A stretch of DNA of 64,000 bases from the IMG/VR virus record IMGVR_UViG_3300042472_000628, positions 101,455 to 165,454 of that record, one strand, 5' to 3'. The translations under genes were made by a program, and so were the position numbers. This DNA is from a virus. Its lineage: Duplodnaviria; Heunggongvirae; Uroviricota; Caudoviricetes. The notes beneath the pieces were generated by a model. It searched no databases. It was not told where the DNA came from and was given only the letters and a program-made list of their open reading frames with translations. Below, piece after piece: positions 44,517-54,992 of the stretch (position 1 is the first letter of the stretch; the number at the start of each line of letters is the position of its first letter).

Positions 44517-44735
44517 ATGAATATACAAATTTGGATACAAGAAGAAGCTATTGAGAACCTTATTAAAATTAGCTCTGAAAAATATCAAGGCGATGCTGAG
44601 CAAGCTTTTGAAGATTCAGTAGAATACACTAAGGTATTAACAATAGAAGGTCAGGTTGCTATTAATATGTCATTGGACACATTTATTAGATTAACAGACA
44701 ATGAATTATTAACAGAATGGACATTACAATATTAA
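44517..44735 (+). CDS. hypothetical protein
   Basis: ORF track. Confidence 0.4.
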   Translation: MNIQIWIQEEAIENLIKISSEKYQGDAEQAFEDSVEYTKVLTIEGQVAINMSLDTFIRLTDNELLTEWTLQY

Positions 44736-44738
44736 AAT

Positions 44739-45023
44739 ATGGAAATTAAAGAACAAATTAAAACAGGCAGAGTACTTGTAGATTTTTACGCAGATTGGTG
44801 TGGACCATGTAGAGTCTTAGGTAAGACTTTAGAGAAATATGAAACTGAAATTACTGACGTGAAAGTAGTTAAAGTAAACGTTGATAAACATCAAGATTTA
44901 TCAGCAGAATATGGCATTAGATCAATACCAGCATTATTGTATATGGAAGATGGTCAATTGATTGACAGAACCATAGGTACAAAAAGCATGGACCAATTAA
45001 AAGAATTTACTAAAATCAATTAA
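44739..45023 (+). CDS. thioredoxin
   Basis: WCGPC active site, about 94 aa. Confidence 0.65.
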   Translation: MEIKEQIKTGRVLVDFYADWCGPCRVLGKTLEKYETEITDVKVVKVNVDKHQDLSAEYGIRSIPALLYMEDGQLIDRTIGTKSMDQLKEFTKIN

Positions 45024-45024
45024 T

Positions 45025-45513
45025 ATGTGGAAATCATTTTTAAGTACATTTAGTTTTTGGCGAGAACTCTCCAAAGATGTCAGAATATGGTGGATCTTTC
45101 GTAGAACTGCAAATCAATATAAAGATCAATTAAATAAAGATTTTCAATTGAGAGTTGACTGGTTAGGAAGAATTTATGGCGTAGTTAATTTACCAGAAGA
45201 AGTACAAGGTGCTTCAGGTGAAATTCAACAAGCTTATGTTCTTAATAAGATTTCAACGTATGGTAACTATATGTTACAAATTGGTTTAGCAGATATGGTA
45301 TATCCACAGATTCAAAAACTACCACAATCAGCATCATACTTGGTTATATTATGGCCAGTTTTTGATGAGCTTGCAATATTGCCTATTCTTGGTAATATTT
45401 TAAAATCTGCATTTGTAGGACTAATATTATTCCTTATTTATAAATTTATCTTTGTTAATCTAGATCTTTGGGTTGCATTATGGGATAAATTTACACACGT
45501 AATCTTACAATAG
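45025..45513 (+). CDS. membrane protein
   Basis: Hydrophobic helices in translation. Confidence 0.4.
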   Translation: MWKSFLSTFSFWRELSKDVRIWWIFRRTANQYKDQLNKDFQLRVDWLGRIYGVVNLPEEVQGASGEIQQAYVLNKISTYGNYMLQIGLADMVYPQIQKLPQSASYLVILWPVFDELAILPILGNILKSAFVGLILFLIYKFIFVNLDLWVALWDKFTHVILQ

Positions 45514-45514
45514 T

Positions 45515-46276
45515 TTGGATCAGTATAAAATAGTACGAGTTCATGAAGATGGTCTAAGATTTTATCAAGTTACCGAAGGTGATACAGTAATAGCTAAATT
45601 ACCATCTGTTACTACAGTTTTAGGTCAAACTAAAGATCAATCTGGATTGGACAAATGGCGTCAAAAAGTTGGTGAAGCAGAAGCTGATCGAATTTCAACG
45701 CTATCTATGAATAGAGGTACTATTATGCACAGACTTATAGAGCTATATAAGGGCACTTCTGGCGAAGCTAACGAAAGGCTTATTATTCTTAAAGATTTGG
45801 CAAAAGAAGATGATGAGTGTAACCAATTCAGTGATGATGAGAACGGAGCATTGTACTTAGCAGAAGCTTGGAAATTCTTTTACAAATTCTACTTTAATAG
45901 TTCAGATTATTTTGACAGAATTAAAAAAGTATTAGAAGCTGAAACATTCTTATGGACTACAAAAGCCGGAGGTTGGGCAGGTACAGTAGATAACATATCT
46001 GAAATGACAGATAATTTGATTAAGATCATTGACTACAAAAATTCACGTAAACCAAAACAAGAACATTGGATCCAAGATTATTTCATTCAAACAGGTGCTT
46101 ATTTTATTGCATATTGGGATAGAACTGGTATTAAAGCAGATGGAGCAGAAATTTGGATCGCTAACGAAGAGGATAATTTACCACAATGTTTCTCATTAAC
46201 ACAAAAAGATTTAGAATTCTATTCAAAAGAATTCATGAGAAGAAGAAAAATGTTTAAAGAAAAATTTAATATATGA
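45515..46276 (+). CDS. PD-(D/E)XK-family nuclease (TTG start)
   Basis: GTVDNI ... IIDYKNSRK (D...D/E-x-K arrangement) and upstream GTIMHRLIE. Confidence 0.4.
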   Translation: MDQYKIVRVHEDGLRFYQVTEGDTVIAKLPSVTTVLGQTKDQSGLDKWRQKVGEAEADRISTLSMNRGTIMHRLIELYKGTSGEANERLIILKDLAKEDDECNQFSDDENGALYLAEAWKFFYKFYFNSSDYFDRIKKVLEAETFLWTTKAGGWAGTVDNISEMTDNLIKIIDYKNSRKPKQEHWIQDYFIQTGAYFIAYWDRTGIKADGAEIWIANEEDNLPQCFSLTQKDLEFYSKEFMRRRKMFKEKFNI

Positions 46277-47364
46277 AAGCAAACAAAAAATTCTTATACA
46301 ATTATTTAAATGCGTATAGTCCAGTAGGACAAGAAAGCGAAGGACAACAAATATGGACAGATTACATTAGACCATATGCTGATACTTTAAAACAAGATGC
46401 ATATGGAACCACATATGGTGTACTAAAAGGATCACAACCGTCATTAGCACATAGATTGGGTGTACCATATAAAGTAGTTATTGAAGCACATTGTGATGAA
46501 ATAGCATGGATCATTACCAATATTGAAAAAACTGGAATGATTAGAGTTAAAAGACATGGTGGTTCAGATAACATGATTGCACCTTCTAAAACTGTAATGA
46601 TTCATACACATGATGGTAAGAAAGTTAGAGGTCTTTTTGGTTGGCCGGCAATTCACACTAGAGATTCATACACCGAAATGGGTTATGAGCAACATGAATT
46701 ATGGGTTGATTGTGGATTAGCTGACAAAGAAGCAGTAATTGAAGCAGGTATTGAGATTGGAAATCTAATTACGTTTGATACACAATTAGAAGAAATTGGG
46801 GACTATTATGTTGGAAGATCATTAGATAATAAGATTGGTGGTTACATTATCGCAGAAGCACTAAGAACTATTAAAGAGAATAGTATTAAACTACCTTATG
46901 ATTTATATGTAGTCAATTCAGTACAAGAAGAAGTTGGATTACATGGTGCAAAGAAAATTGCTAAAGAATTAAAAGCAGATCTTGCATTAGTACACGATGT
47001 ATGTCACAATACTAATACACCTAAAATTGACAAAGCAAAAGATGGAGATAATAAAGGTGGAGAAGGTCCTTGTTTAGAATACACTGCACAAAATCACAGA
47101 GACATTAATAAAATGTTAAGAGAGGTTGCAAAAACAAACGAGATTCCAGTTCAATTAACAGTAGGTTCAATGGGTAACGATACCATGGCTTTCTTTATGG
47201 AAAACACACCAACTGCAATCTTGGCAACTCCACTCAAATATATGCATACCACAGTTGAAATGGCACATAAAGATGATGTTGAAGCTTGTATTAAACTATT
47301 CATTGAATTCTTAAAGGCACTGACAATCGAAAAAATTGACACAATAAATAAAACAAATATATAA
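46273..47364 (+). CDS. M42-family (glutamyl aminopeptidase / CelM-like) metallopeptidase
   Basis: HCDEIAW (M42 H-x-D-E-I-G-type motif), DNKIGG, VQEEVGLHGA. Confidence 0.5.
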   Translation: MKANKKFLYNYLNAYSPVGQESEGQQIWTDYIRPYADTLKQDAYGTTYGVLKGSQPSLAHRLGVPYKVVIEAHCDEIAWIITNIEKTGMIRVKRHGGSDNMIAPSKTVMIHTHDGKKVRGLFGWPAIHTRDSYTEMGYEQHELWVDCGLADKEAVIEAGIEIGNLITFDTQLEEIGDYYVGRSLDNKIGGYIIAEALRTIKENSIKLPYDLYVVNSVQEEVGLHGAKKIAKELKADLALVHDVCHNTNTPKIDKAKDGDNKGGEGPCLEYTAQNHRDINKMLREVAKTNEIPVQLTVGSMGNDTMAFFMENTPTAILATPLKYMHTTVEMAHKDDVEACIKLFIEFLKALTIEKIDTINKTNI

Positions 47365-47379
47365 ATAAAACATAAAATC

Positions 47380-47664
47380 ATGAACAAATTTAATCAATTC
47401 CTAGAAAATCACGGTACAAAGATTGTATTAGTGTTATTATTGTTAACTTACATGAAATCATGTAGTATTGATTCTGAAGTCAGCAAATTAAAAAAAGAAG
47501 CTAAGGCAAATCAAGAAATTATCAATACTTTACCAACAGCAAAGCAATTGCAAATTGAAGGTTTAAAAGTTGAAAAAAGAATGATCCAAGCAACTGATCG
47601 TAAAATGTTAGATGTTCAACGTCAAAATGTAATTGAAAAAGAAATAGAAAAACTTAGCAAATAA
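47380..47664 (+). CDS. hypothetical secreted/membrane protein
   Basis: N-terminal hydrophobic segment. Confidence 0.4.
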   Translation: MNKFNQFLENHGTKIVLVLLLLTYMKSCSIDSEVSKLKKEAKANQEIINTLPTAKQLQIEGLKVEKRMIQATDRKMLDVQRQNVIEKEIEKLSK

Positions 47665-47669
47665 TAATT

Positions 47670-48032
47670 ATGGCATCCGAAGATAAAACACAAAATTTCA
47701 ACGAGGATCTTAACAAGATAAACATTACGCCACCTCCGGCTAGTATTGAGACACCAAGAGAGGAAACGTCTCAAATTAGTCAAATACTTTCTGGATGGGG
47801 TAATAGGTTTAAAGATGTATTCGGTTTACTAGATGAAGAGACTAAAGAGATTAGTCGTGCACGTTTAATACACTGTAATTCATGTTATATGAGAACTGGT
47901 AATTCATGTGATCCAAGGAAAGCTATGAAAAATAATGCAACAGGCGAAATAGTAAAAGGATGCGGATGTAATATATCTGCAAAATCATTATCACCACATT
48001 CGATATGTCCATTGAGTAAATGGGACAAATAA
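47670..48032 (+). CDS. Cys-rich (zinc-binding) hypothetical protein
   Basis: CNSC...C...CGC...C pattern. Confidence 0.4.
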   Translation: MASEDKTQNFNEDLNKINITPPPASIETPREETSQISQILSGWGNRFKDVFGLLDEETKEISRARLIHCNSCYMRTGNSCDPRKAMKNNATGEIVKGCGCNISAKSLSPHSICPLSKWDK

Positions 48033-49111
48033 AAACAAAAATTATGAAAGATAAATTAGTAAGAAACTTTGTAATAGGCACATTTGTAACTCTGTATGCG
48101 TTAGTGTCAGTAATTTCAACAATTCACGTAATAGACTTCTTTGAATTATCGAATCCATATTGGTTAGCGGTAACTCTTGCAATTGGATTTGAGATTGGAG
48201 CAGCGGCATCATTAGCATCTTTAGTTATTTTGAAAAAAATGAATAAGACATTGGTTTGGGCTCTCTTTATTACCATAACTTTAATGCAAATGCAAGGAAA
48301 TATGTATTACGCATTTAAAAATATTAGTAATTACGAAACATGGTCTCAATTATTCAATTTAATAGAAGAAGATGCTATTTACCAAAAAAGAATTCTTGCG
48401 TTTGTTTCAGGTGCTATTTTACCTCTTATTGCATTAGGATTTATTAAATCATTAATTGATTATATCAAACCAGAAGAAGATGAACAAGAAACATTAACTG
48501 ATGGTATATTGGGCGAAAATATGGAAATGCCTCACGGATTTGATAAAGAACCTTCTAAAGAATATTTTGAAGATATTGAAGATCCAACACAACTTACTAA
48601 AGAGCATAGAAGAGAAACTCTTGCCGAGATGATGAAAAATGATGAAGAACTTGGTTTATATGACGAGATTTGGGATCAAACATTAATGGATGGATTAGAA
48701 GACGAAGATCATGCATTTGATTTAGTTATGAATGATATGGTTGAAGATATGACACCTGATGAAATTCAAGAAATTATTGATGGAACTTCAGAACAAGAAA
48801 AACCATGGTGGGAAGGACCAATAGGTACAAATGGACCGAATGATGAATTTGATGGTTTAACAATGGGTCAAATTGAGTCAAAACCAGAAAAAGAAAATAT
48901 GTTAGACATACTTGAATTAGAAATTGATGATGAGAATGCAAATATAAATCCAACATCAGTAGGTTCAATAGTACAAAAAATGTCTACACCGCATTTACCA
49001 ACAAATGAAGATCAACCTAAAAGTGAAGACCAACTTTGGAATGAAGCCATGGCTAAAAAAGCTAAAGAAGACATGGAAGCTTTTATAAAAAATAAAAATG
49101 CTAACAAATAG
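48020..49111 (+). CDS. membrane protein with acidic C-terminal region
   Basis: Multiple TM helices then a D/E-rich tail. Confidence 0.4.
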   Translation: MGQIKTKIMKDKLVRNFVIGTFVTLYALVSVISTIHVIDFFELSNPYWLAVTLAIGFEIGAAASLASLVILKKMNKTLVWALFITITLMQMQGNMYYAFKNISNYETWSQLFNLIEEDAIYQKRILAFVSGAILPLIALGFIKSLIDYIKPEEDEQETLTDGILGENMEMPHGFDKEPSKEYFEDIEDPTQLTKEHRRETLAEMMKNDEELGLYDEIWDQTLMDGLEDEDHAFDLVMNDMVEDMTPDEIQEIIDGTSEQEKPWWEGPIGTNGPNDEFDGLTMGQIESKPEKENMLDILELEIDDENANINPTSVGSIVQKMSTPHLPTNEDQPKSEDQLWNEAMAKKAKEDMEAFIKNKNANK

Positions 49112-49532
49112 ACTTAAGATCAATATTGAAGATCTTTATATTTCAAAGCCCTTAGAGAAAGAAACTTTTCTCAAAGTCATTAATGAGCATCACAACACAA
49201 TTCATTCGTTATATTTAATAGCGAATGAATTGAAGTCTATGCACTATTTCCTTTCATTAGAAGATCATCCATTATATGACGTAAGTGCATATATTAGTGT
49301 CCAACATGGATACTGTGGTAAAGCAAAACAACAAATCGGTGTTGTTAAATCGATGATCGATAAGTATAAACAAAGACCACTATTTTCAATTTCTTATAAG
49401 ATAATATTGAAAGAGAATGTCAAGGAAGTCTTTTCTTTTAGACATGTATGTTCGAGTAAAAAGGAAATATATAAATTAATAGATAAATTTCATAAAAAAA
49501 CAGAACAGTTATGCAAAGTAAATACGTTTTAA
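49098..49532 (+). CDS. hypothetical protein
   Basis: ORF track. Confidence 0.4.
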   Translation: MLTNRLKINIEDLYISKPLEKETFLKVINEHHNTIHSLYLIANELKSMHYFLSLEDHPLYDVSAYISVQHGYCGKAKQQIGVVKSMIDKYKQRPLFSISYKIILKENVKEVFSFRHVCSSKKEIYKLIDKFHKKTEQLCKVNTF

Positions 49533-50431
49533 AATTAGGTCAAACTGGAAACTTGGTAGGAATACTTCAAGAACTTTTGGATCTAAAAATAGACGGTGAA
49601 TTTGGAAATGAAACTAGACTTGCCGTTATTAAATTCCAAAAAGCAAATGGTTTAAAATCAGATGGTACAGTGGGTCCATTAACATGGAAAGCTTTAAATT
49701 ATAATCCACTAGAATTAGATGCCGATACTGATGCTACTACTGGTGCAACATGGATTCAACAACATCTTTTACCAGATAACGAATATATCAAAGAAGTAAC
49801 ACATAAAGAATGGATATTTTTACATCACACTGCTGGTAGACATAATCCAAAAGATACAATTGACCAATGGGCTAAGGACCAACGTGGTAGAATAGGAACA
49901 CATTATGTTATTGGTGGAATTCCTTCAACTGCAAATATTAATACACTGACAGAAAAAGAATCTGAATGGGATGGTAAAATTTTACAAGCCATCAAAGATG
50001 AATATTGGGGTTATCATTTAGGTGCTGTCAAATCTTCAAAAATGCATAAGGGTTCTATTAGTATAGAAATCTGTTCTGCAGGATGTTTAACAGAAAAGGA
50101 TGGTAAATATTACACATGGTACGGTGCTCAAGTTCATGAATCACAAGTCGCAAGATTAGATTCTGAATACAGAGGTTTTAAATATTACCATAAATATTCA
50201 CCAGAACAAATCAAAGCTACTAAAGCATTATTGTTATTATTATCAGATAAACATGATATTGATTTAAAATCAGGAGTAGTTCAAAAATTAACTAGTTCTA
50301 ATGCTTTTGAATATAGCGAAGATGCAAATCTAGGAAAGATCAAAGGCGTATTAACGCATGGTCAAGTTAGAAAGGATAAATCAGATGTATTTCCACAACA
50401 AGAATTAATTACAATGCTATTGAGTTTATAA
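49511..50431 (+). CDS. endolysin: peptidoglycan-binding domain + N-acetylmuramoyl-L-alanine amidase (amidase_2/PGRP type)
   Basis: PG_binding_1-like LQELLDLKIDGEFGNETRLAVIKFQKANGLKSDGTVGPLTWKAL; amidase_2-like FLHHTAG ... THYVIGG. Confidence 0.55.
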   Translation: MQSKYVLKLGQTGNLVGILQELLDLKIDGEFGNETRLAVIKFQKANGLKSDGTVGPLTWKALNYNPLELDADTDATTGATWIQQHLLPDNEYIKEVTHKEWIFLHHTAGRHNPKDTIDQWAKDQRGRIGTHYVIGGIPSTANINTLTEKESEWDGKILQAIKDEYWGYHLGAVKSSKMHKGSISIEICSAGCLTEKDGKYYTWYGAQVHESQVARLDSEYRGFKYYHKYSPEQIKATKALLLLLSDKHDIDLKSGVVQKLTSSNAFEYSEDANLGKIKGVLTHGQVRKDKSDVFPQQELITMLLSL

Positions 50432-50489
50432 TTAATCCTCAATATAAACTATTAGTATAAATTTGGTATAAGTATTAAACTATTTAAAA

Positions 50490-50696
50490 ATGTCAGAACA
50501 AACAACACAAGAAAAACCACAAGTTTCACCTTTCGAAGAAGTGAAAACTATGACCAATGTACAAGCTCTTAATATTTTAATTCAGGCAGCTAATGCAGCT
50601 CAAGGCGCAGGAGTATTAAGTGTACGAGATTCAGTATTTGTTGCAGCCGCAGCAGAATTATTAACAAAACCATTCAGTGATAAAAAAGCGAAATAA
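50490..50696 (+). CDS. hypothetical protein
   Basis: ORF track. Confidence 0.4.
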   Translation: MSEQTTQEKPQVSPFEEVKTMTNVQALNILIQAANAAQGAGVLSVRDSVFVAAAAELLTKPFSDKKAK

Positions 50697-51085
50697 TGAA
50701 AATCGAGGTATCAAACGGAGAAATTATTGACAAGTTAACTATTTTAGAAATCAAACTTAAAGAGATTTCTGATCCTGAAAAATTAGCAAATATTCAAAAA
50801 GAGTATGATTCACTTTCATCTGTCGTAGATCACATCTATAATGAAGTTGATGACTATCGTGAATTAACAGTATTACACGAAGATTTATTTAATGTAAATA
50901 AAACCCTTTGGAATATTGAAGATATGATTCGTGAATGTGAACGCAAAGAATCATTTGGCGAAGACTTCATTGAATTGGCAAGATCTGTGTATTACACAAA
51001 TGATGATAGATCTGATGTCAAGAAAAAAATCAATTTGTTAACAGGATCTTTATTCGTAGAAGAGAAATCCTATGAATCATACTAA
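50696..51085 (+). CDS. hypothetical protein
   Basis: ORF track. Confidence 0.4.
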   Translation: MKIEVSNGEIIDKLTILEIKLKEISDPEKLANIQKEYDSLSSVVDHIYNEVDDYRELTVLHEDLFNVNKTLWNIEDMIRECERKESFGEDFIELARSVYYTNDDRSDVKKKINLLTGSLFVEEKSYESY

Positions 51086-51088
51086 TAC

Positions 51089-54000
51089 ATGTCAAAACAA
51101 GTTGCGATATGTATAGATACGCCTGCATTAGGTGACACGATAGCAGCAATTCCTACACTTAGGAAGTTAGCTAAAGCGTGTGAGTCACAGCTTATAGTAT
51201 TTTCTAGTAAACCTTTCTTATTCGAGGGTCATCCACTAGTGTCGAAAGCACTAAAGTTGGATGACCCTCTTAGATATGACCCTAATATAAAGGTTTATCG
51301 TACGTTTATGCCAATTGTTGGTAAAGCATATGATTTAAGAGGTGAACAAGTAGAATTTAGATCGTCTAATATGGATATTAGACAATTTCATGCAGTTTCA
51401 TTAGGGTTTAGTTTAACTCAAGATGAAATGGAAATGGATTTGTATATTGAACGTGAAAGAAATCTTGGATTTGAAAACTATGTTATAATACACCCAACTT
51501 ATACTTGGGCAAGTAGAACATGGGATCAAGATAAGTGGCAAGAACTTGTTGATAGATTAAACGATAGAGGTATTCCAGTAGTTGCAGTTGGTCGAGATTC
51601 TCATGAAGTTGGTACATTCTCAGTAGACAAACCAGTAATGAATTTGAATATAAAACTCGGAGTTAACTTACTTAATGATCCAACAAATGATCCAGCTGAA
51701 TTAAGATGGATGATGAATCATAAAGCTAGAGCTATAGTTACTATGGATTCTGGTTTATTGCACATTGCAGGAACTACTGATGTAAATATTATTCAATTGG
51801 GTAGTTCAATAGATCCAAAATTAAGAGCACCTTATAGAAAGGGTTCACAAGATTATAAATACAAATATATTGGTGGAAGTTGCGATATTTTCTGTTCTAG
51901 TAATATGAAATACAATATTATTGAACATGGAACTATTCAAGCTATTCCTCCACAGTTGCATTGCTTAGAATATAAACCAACATTCGAGTGTCATCCTACA
52001 GTGGATAAAACATTCGATGCAGTTATAGATTTGTATAATGACTTATTAGTAGACCATGTCTATATGAAACCTAACACCAAAGAAATGACAAACAAAACTA
52101 AATTACTATTCCTAGCACCACATTTAAGTACAGGAGGCATGCCTCAATTTGTCTTAAAGAGAGTTGAAGCTATGTTAGATGTAAAAGACTTTGAAATCCA
52201 CTTAGTAGAGTATACTCAATATAGTGATATTTACAATGTACAACGAGATCAACTTATAGAAAAATTAGGTGCTAGATTTCATTCATTAGGATTTTTAAAT
52301 TCAATAGACATCACTGAGCGAGGTGAAAGATTAAAAGCAAAGATTTTAGAAATAAACCCAGATATTATTCATATTGATGAATGTCCAGAATCATTTGATG
52401 GATTTAATAAAATTGATCAAAGCGCAATGGAATGGCTTTACAATAAACAATGGAAGATTGTAGAAACATCTCACAATATTTGGTTTGATCCAAACAATAA
52501 GATCAATGATCCAGATATGTACATGATGTGTACTCCATATCATTTAGAAACATTTGGAAATAGAGATGGTTTAAAACCAGTTGTAGAATATCCTATATTA
52601 AATCAAAAACCTTCAGCATTTGATAAAGCAAAATCAAGAGCTAAATTAGGTTTAGCTATCGATAAGACTCACATATTAAATGTAGGTCTTTGGACACAAG
52701 GAAAGAATCAAGCAGAAGGTGTTGATATTGCTAGAATTGTAGAAGCTCAATTTCCTGGAAAGTATCACTTTCATTTCGTGGGTAATCAAGCAGAAAACTT
52801 CGAACAATATTGGGGACCAATTATGAAGAAGCTGCCAAGTAATGTTACTATATGGGGTGAGAGAAACGACGTTGATGTCTTTATGAGTGCATGTGACGCA
52901 TTTATGTTTAACTCAACATGGGAGTGTAGTCCACTCGCACTACGTGAAGCAATCGGTCATGGTCTAATCACATTCTCTAGAAACTTAGAGCAATATAAGG
53001 ACATGTTTACACCTTACATTGTCCCATTCACAGATGATCTCCATGGAAATGTTGACCAATTAATCAAAACACTCAAATCATCCGAGGCACAAGGAAAAAA
53101 TATCCCAGACGACGATCTAAAACGTTTCACTGTACAACATATCCAATGGTACCAACAATGTTTAACTACCCCACGAGGCCCTCAAAAGCCACCGACACAC
53201 AAACAACCTGAATGGACATTAGAGTATCAAGATGGTCCGAAATTAACGATCAAGTCAACTGGAAGTGGTCAATTACGGGCCGAGTTTTATGATAACCAAG
53301 ATCTAGTCTGGAACGCTACAGACCTGCAAGCTGGAAGTTGGTACAAGCCCGCAAGAAATTGGTGGACTCAGTGGACTGTTAAGGTTTACAGTAATGACCA
53401 ACTAGTTCATTCAGAACGTCTGAGCCTGGAAGGCCAGGAACTGACAGTGGAAATGGCGAGCTCATCACTTGGAGACACACTGAGCTTCATGGGACAGCTG
53501 CACACAGTGATAGACACACATAAGCTTAGCAAATTATATGTGAAGACACACAAACCCTGGCTGTTTGACAAAGCATGGTATAGCTCAAAGGGCATAGACA
53601 TCATTGACTGGTCAGTGCCTAACAAGGGTGCGCTAATTACACTCGGAGTCTTTTACACCATGGAAGAACCATGGAAACGTGCTGAACATAAATATGACTG
53701 GAGACAAATACCCCTGGGGAAAATCGCCTCAGATCGCTTAGGTACTGAGTACGTAGAACAAAGACCTCAACTAGCGCGCGAATTCTTGATCAAGTCTACT
53801 GCAAAAAAACGCTCCATTGTCATTGCTACCCAAAGTACCGCACAAGCCAAGTATTGGAATAATCCTACTGGATGGCAAGAAACCATTGACTGGTGTAATA
53901 GTAAAGAGATTAGTGTGTACCATGCTAGTAAAGAAGGTAGTCAATTAAAAGGGGTTAAACAATTACCAGAAGAGCTTGCATTAGTAGCAGGAGCTATCAA

Positions 54001-54292
54001 TGAAGCTGAACTGTTTATTGGAATCAGCTCTGGCCTTAGTTGGTTCGCTTGGGCACTTGGAGCAAAAGTAATTATTATTAGTGGCTTTACAGATCCTTAT
54101 GTAGAATTTGCAGATGCCATTTATATTAACAATCATCAAGTATGTCATGGTTGTTGGGGTTGGGATACATTTGACAAAGGTGATTGGAATTGGTGTCCTT
54201 TATGGAAAGGTACACACCGACAATTTGAATGTACTAAAACAATTGGATCGGACAGAGTTATAAATGTAATTAATAAAGAACTGTATGGATAA
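51089..54292 (+). CDS. 1067-aa multidomain glycosyltransferase (GT9 heptosyltransferase-like N-domain + GT4/GT1-like middle domain + second GT9-like C-domain)
   Basis: N-term VAICIDTPALGDTIAAIPTLRKL (GT9 signature); middle ...FNSTWECSPLALREAIGHGL (GT4 E-x7-E-like region); C-terminal IATQSTAQAKYWNNPTGW block GT9-like. Confidence 0.5.
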   Translation: MSKQVAICIDTPALGDTIAAIPTLRKLAKACESQLIVFSSKPFLFEGHPLVSKALKLDDPLRYDPNIKVYRTFMPIVGKAYDLRGEQVEFRSSNMDIRQFHAVSLGFSLTQDEMEMDLYIERERNLGFENYVIIHPTYTWASRTWDQDKWQELVDRLNDRGIPVVAVGRDSHEVGTFSVDKPVMNLNIKLGVNLLNDPTNDPAELRWMMNHKARAIVTMDSGLLHIAGTTDVNIIQLGSSIDPKLRAPYRKGSQDYKYKYIGGSCDIFCSSNMKYNIIEHGTIQAIPPQLHCLEYKPTFECHPTVDKTFDAVIDLYNDLLVDHVYMKPNTKEMTNKTKLLFLAPHLSTGGMPQFVLKRVEAMLDVKDFEIHLVEYTQYSDIYNVQRDQLIEKLGARFHSLGFLNSIDITERGERLKAKILEINPDIIHIDECPESFDGFNKIDQSAMEWLYNKQWKIVETSHNIWFDPNNKINDPDMYMMCTPYHLETFGNRDGLKPVVEYPILNQKPSAFDKAKSRAKLGLAIDKTHILNVGLWTQGKNQAEGVDIARIVEAQFPGKYHFHFVGNQAENFEQYWGPIMKKLPSNVTIWGERNDVDVFMSACDAFMFNSTWECSPLALREAIGHGLITFSRNLEQYKDMFTPYIVPFTDDLHGNVDQLIKTLKSSEAQGKNIPDDDLKRFTVQHIQWYQQCLTTPRGPQKPPTHKQPEWTLEYQDGPKLTIKSTGSGQLRAEFYDNQDLVWNATDLQAGSWYKPARNWWTQWTVKVYSNDQLVHSERLSLEGQELTVEMASSSLGDTLSFMGQLHTVIDTHKLSKLYVKTHKPWLFDKAWYSSKGIDIIDWSVPNKGALITLGVFYTMEEPWKRAEHKYDWRQIPLGKIASDRLGTEYVEQRPQLAREFLIKSTAKKRSIVIATQSTAQAKYWNNPTGWQETIDWCNSKEISVYHASKEGSQLKGVKQLPEELALVAGAINEAELFIGISSGLSWFAWALGAKVIIISGFTDPYVEFADAIYINNHQVCHGCWGWDTFDKGDWNWCPLWKGTHRQFECTKTIGSDRVINVINKELYG

Positions 54293-54992
54293 TTTTTGGA
54301 TAATAAATCGATTAGCAGATCAATATAAAACTAGTCTAGAAGCCAATGGAGGTCGACCTGAAAGAGCAAGACAAATTGATACTATAGTTAGCGCTATAAT
54401 TGGTAAAGTAAAAGCTATTGGTCCTATTAATATTATAGAAACTGGAGCTAGTCAATCATGGCAAGATGGTATGATGGGTACTTTTTTTGCTAATATAGCT
54501 TTAGTAACTGGTGGTAAAATGTGGGTCGTAGATATAGATCCTATTATAATAGCTAAATCTAAAACAGCATTTGCAGAATTAGGTTTGGAATTTGTAGAAT
54601 TTTTTACTGAAGACTCCGTCCAATTTTTAAAGAGGTTTGATGAGCATGTAGATATTGTTCATTTAGATTCATGGGATTTGGATTTACGTGATTCTTTACC
54701 TAGTGCATTACATGGTTGGCGAGAATTCGAAGCCATTGAAGCCAAATTAGGTGCAGGTGCTATAGTAATAGTCGATGATAATTATTTAGATGGTACATGG
54801 GTTAATATAAACGAGATACTAAATGGTCAGTTGACTGAAAAATTCGAAAGATTTGATGTAACAATGCCATGTGCTGGTAAAGGTGCTCATATATATTGGT
54901 GGGTTAAACAAGATGCAAATAAATGGTCTCTTTTAGGAGATCATTATCATGCAGGAAATAATATTAAAATTATATGTCAAAAAGAAGTATGA
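54285..54992 (+). CDS. class I SAM-dependent methyltransferase (TylF/MycF, Methyltransf_24-like)
   Basis: IIETGASQSW ... VVDIDP pattern; tentative. Confidence 0.4.
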   Translation: MDNFWIINRLADQYKTSLEANGGRPERARQIDTIVSAIIGKVKAIGPINIIETGASQSWQDGMMGTFFANIALVTGGKMWVVDIDPIIIAKSKTAFAELGLEFVEFFTEDSVQFLKRFDEHVDIVHLDSWDLDLRDSLPSALHGWREFEAIEAKLGAGAIVIVDDNYLDGTWVNINEILNGQLTEKFERFDVTMPCAGKGAHIYWWVKQDANKWSLLGDHYHAGNNIKIICQKEV

